DNA of 28,119 nucleotides. Origin: Deltaproteobacteria bacterium (GTDB lineage Bacteria > Desulfobacterota > Desulfobacteria > Desulfobacterales > Desulfosalsimonadaceae). The position numbers were made by a program, and so were the translations under genes. The stretch lies in assembly GCA_024280875.1 (NCBI GenBank), contig JAJRPH010000087.1, forward strand, positions 1 through 28,119. Direction: 5' to 3'. Under the pieces are notes generated by a model. The model was not told where the DNA came from. It saw only the letters and a list, made by a program, of their open reading frames with translations, and made no database searches. Shown here piece by piece: positions 27,604 through 28,119 of this stretch. Numbering within the stretch: the stretch's first letter is position 1; each line of letters opens with the position of its first letter.

Positions 27604-28119
27604 TCAGGTATTCTGCCGCACCATTTGCCGTATTACATACGGCAAAATCCCGCCGTGGCGATAATATTCCACTTCAACCACCGAGTCCAGACGCAGAATA
27701 GTTTTAAATTCCTTAATGTTTCCACCGTTTAATGCCGCTTTGACCACAATCTCCTGGCCGGGCGTTATCTTTTCACCCAGATCCTGTATTTCAAACACTT
27801 CTTCCCCGGTGAGTTCCAGCGTACCCGCATCCTGCCCTTCTAAAAACTGGAGGGGCAGCACACCCATGGCCACCAGGTTACTGCGGTGAATCCGCTCAAA
27901 ACTTTCCGCCATCACTGCGCTCACGCCCAACAGAAGCGTTCCTTTAGCGGCCCAGTCTCGGGAACTGCCGGTACCGTATTCCTTGCCGGCAATGACAACC
28001 AGGGAAATTTTTTCCTTCTGGTAAGCCATGGCCGCATCATAGATGGACATGATTTTTCCGGACACCAAATGCTTCGTCCACCCGCCTTCAGTACCAGGCG
28101 CCAGATAATTTTTCAGGCG
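27604..28119 (-). CDS. acnA: Aconitate hydratase A, C-terminal part (runs off the window edge)
   Basis: The frame is open from the window end (RLKNYLAPGTEGGWT...). 'GKEYGTGSSRDWAAKG', 'SFERIHRSNLV', 'YYRHGGILPYV'. Confidence 0.96.
   Translation of the reverse strand, partial: RLKNYLAPGTEGGWTKHLVSGKIMSIYDAAMAYQKEKISLVVIAGKEYGTGSSRDWAAKGTLLLGVSAVMAESFERIHRSNLVAMGVLPLQFLEGQDAGTLELTGEEVFEIQDLGEKITPGQEIVVKAALNGGNIKEFKTILRLDSVVEVEYYRHGGILPYVIRQMVRQNT

Overview
The window reads like a chromosome segment of a deltaproteobacterium, probably a Desulfobacterales-type sulfate reducer (inferred from protein style and gene order only). From left to right: (1) hicAB toxin-antitoxin with its own promoter, flanked by attC-like arms that suggest an integron cassette, next to the 3' end of tRNA-Pro(TGG). 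(2) A core block: amidase, tRNA-Leu, tig-clpP-clpX-lon, tRNA-Val, tRNA-Asp. (3) A ~9.5 kb island inserted in tRNA-Asp(GTC) and bounded by a 50-bp direct repeat. It has arm-like repeats at both ends but no integrase gene. It carries a class II Fic protein and a SNF2 helicase + type III Mod + Res block. (4) A phospho-signalling cluster: FHA-TM protein, divergent from PP2C phosphatase, large membrane Ser/Thr kinase, coiled-coil lipoprotein and adenylate cyclase-FHA fusion. (5) A small double-CxxC protein, then citrate synthase and a probably NAD-type isocitrate dehydrogenase, convergent with a partial aconitase A. The best candidates for undescribed biology are the integrase-less Fic/SNF2/type III RM island and the kinase-to-cAMP cluster. 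All alignments and coordinates were done by eye; no searches or computations were run.
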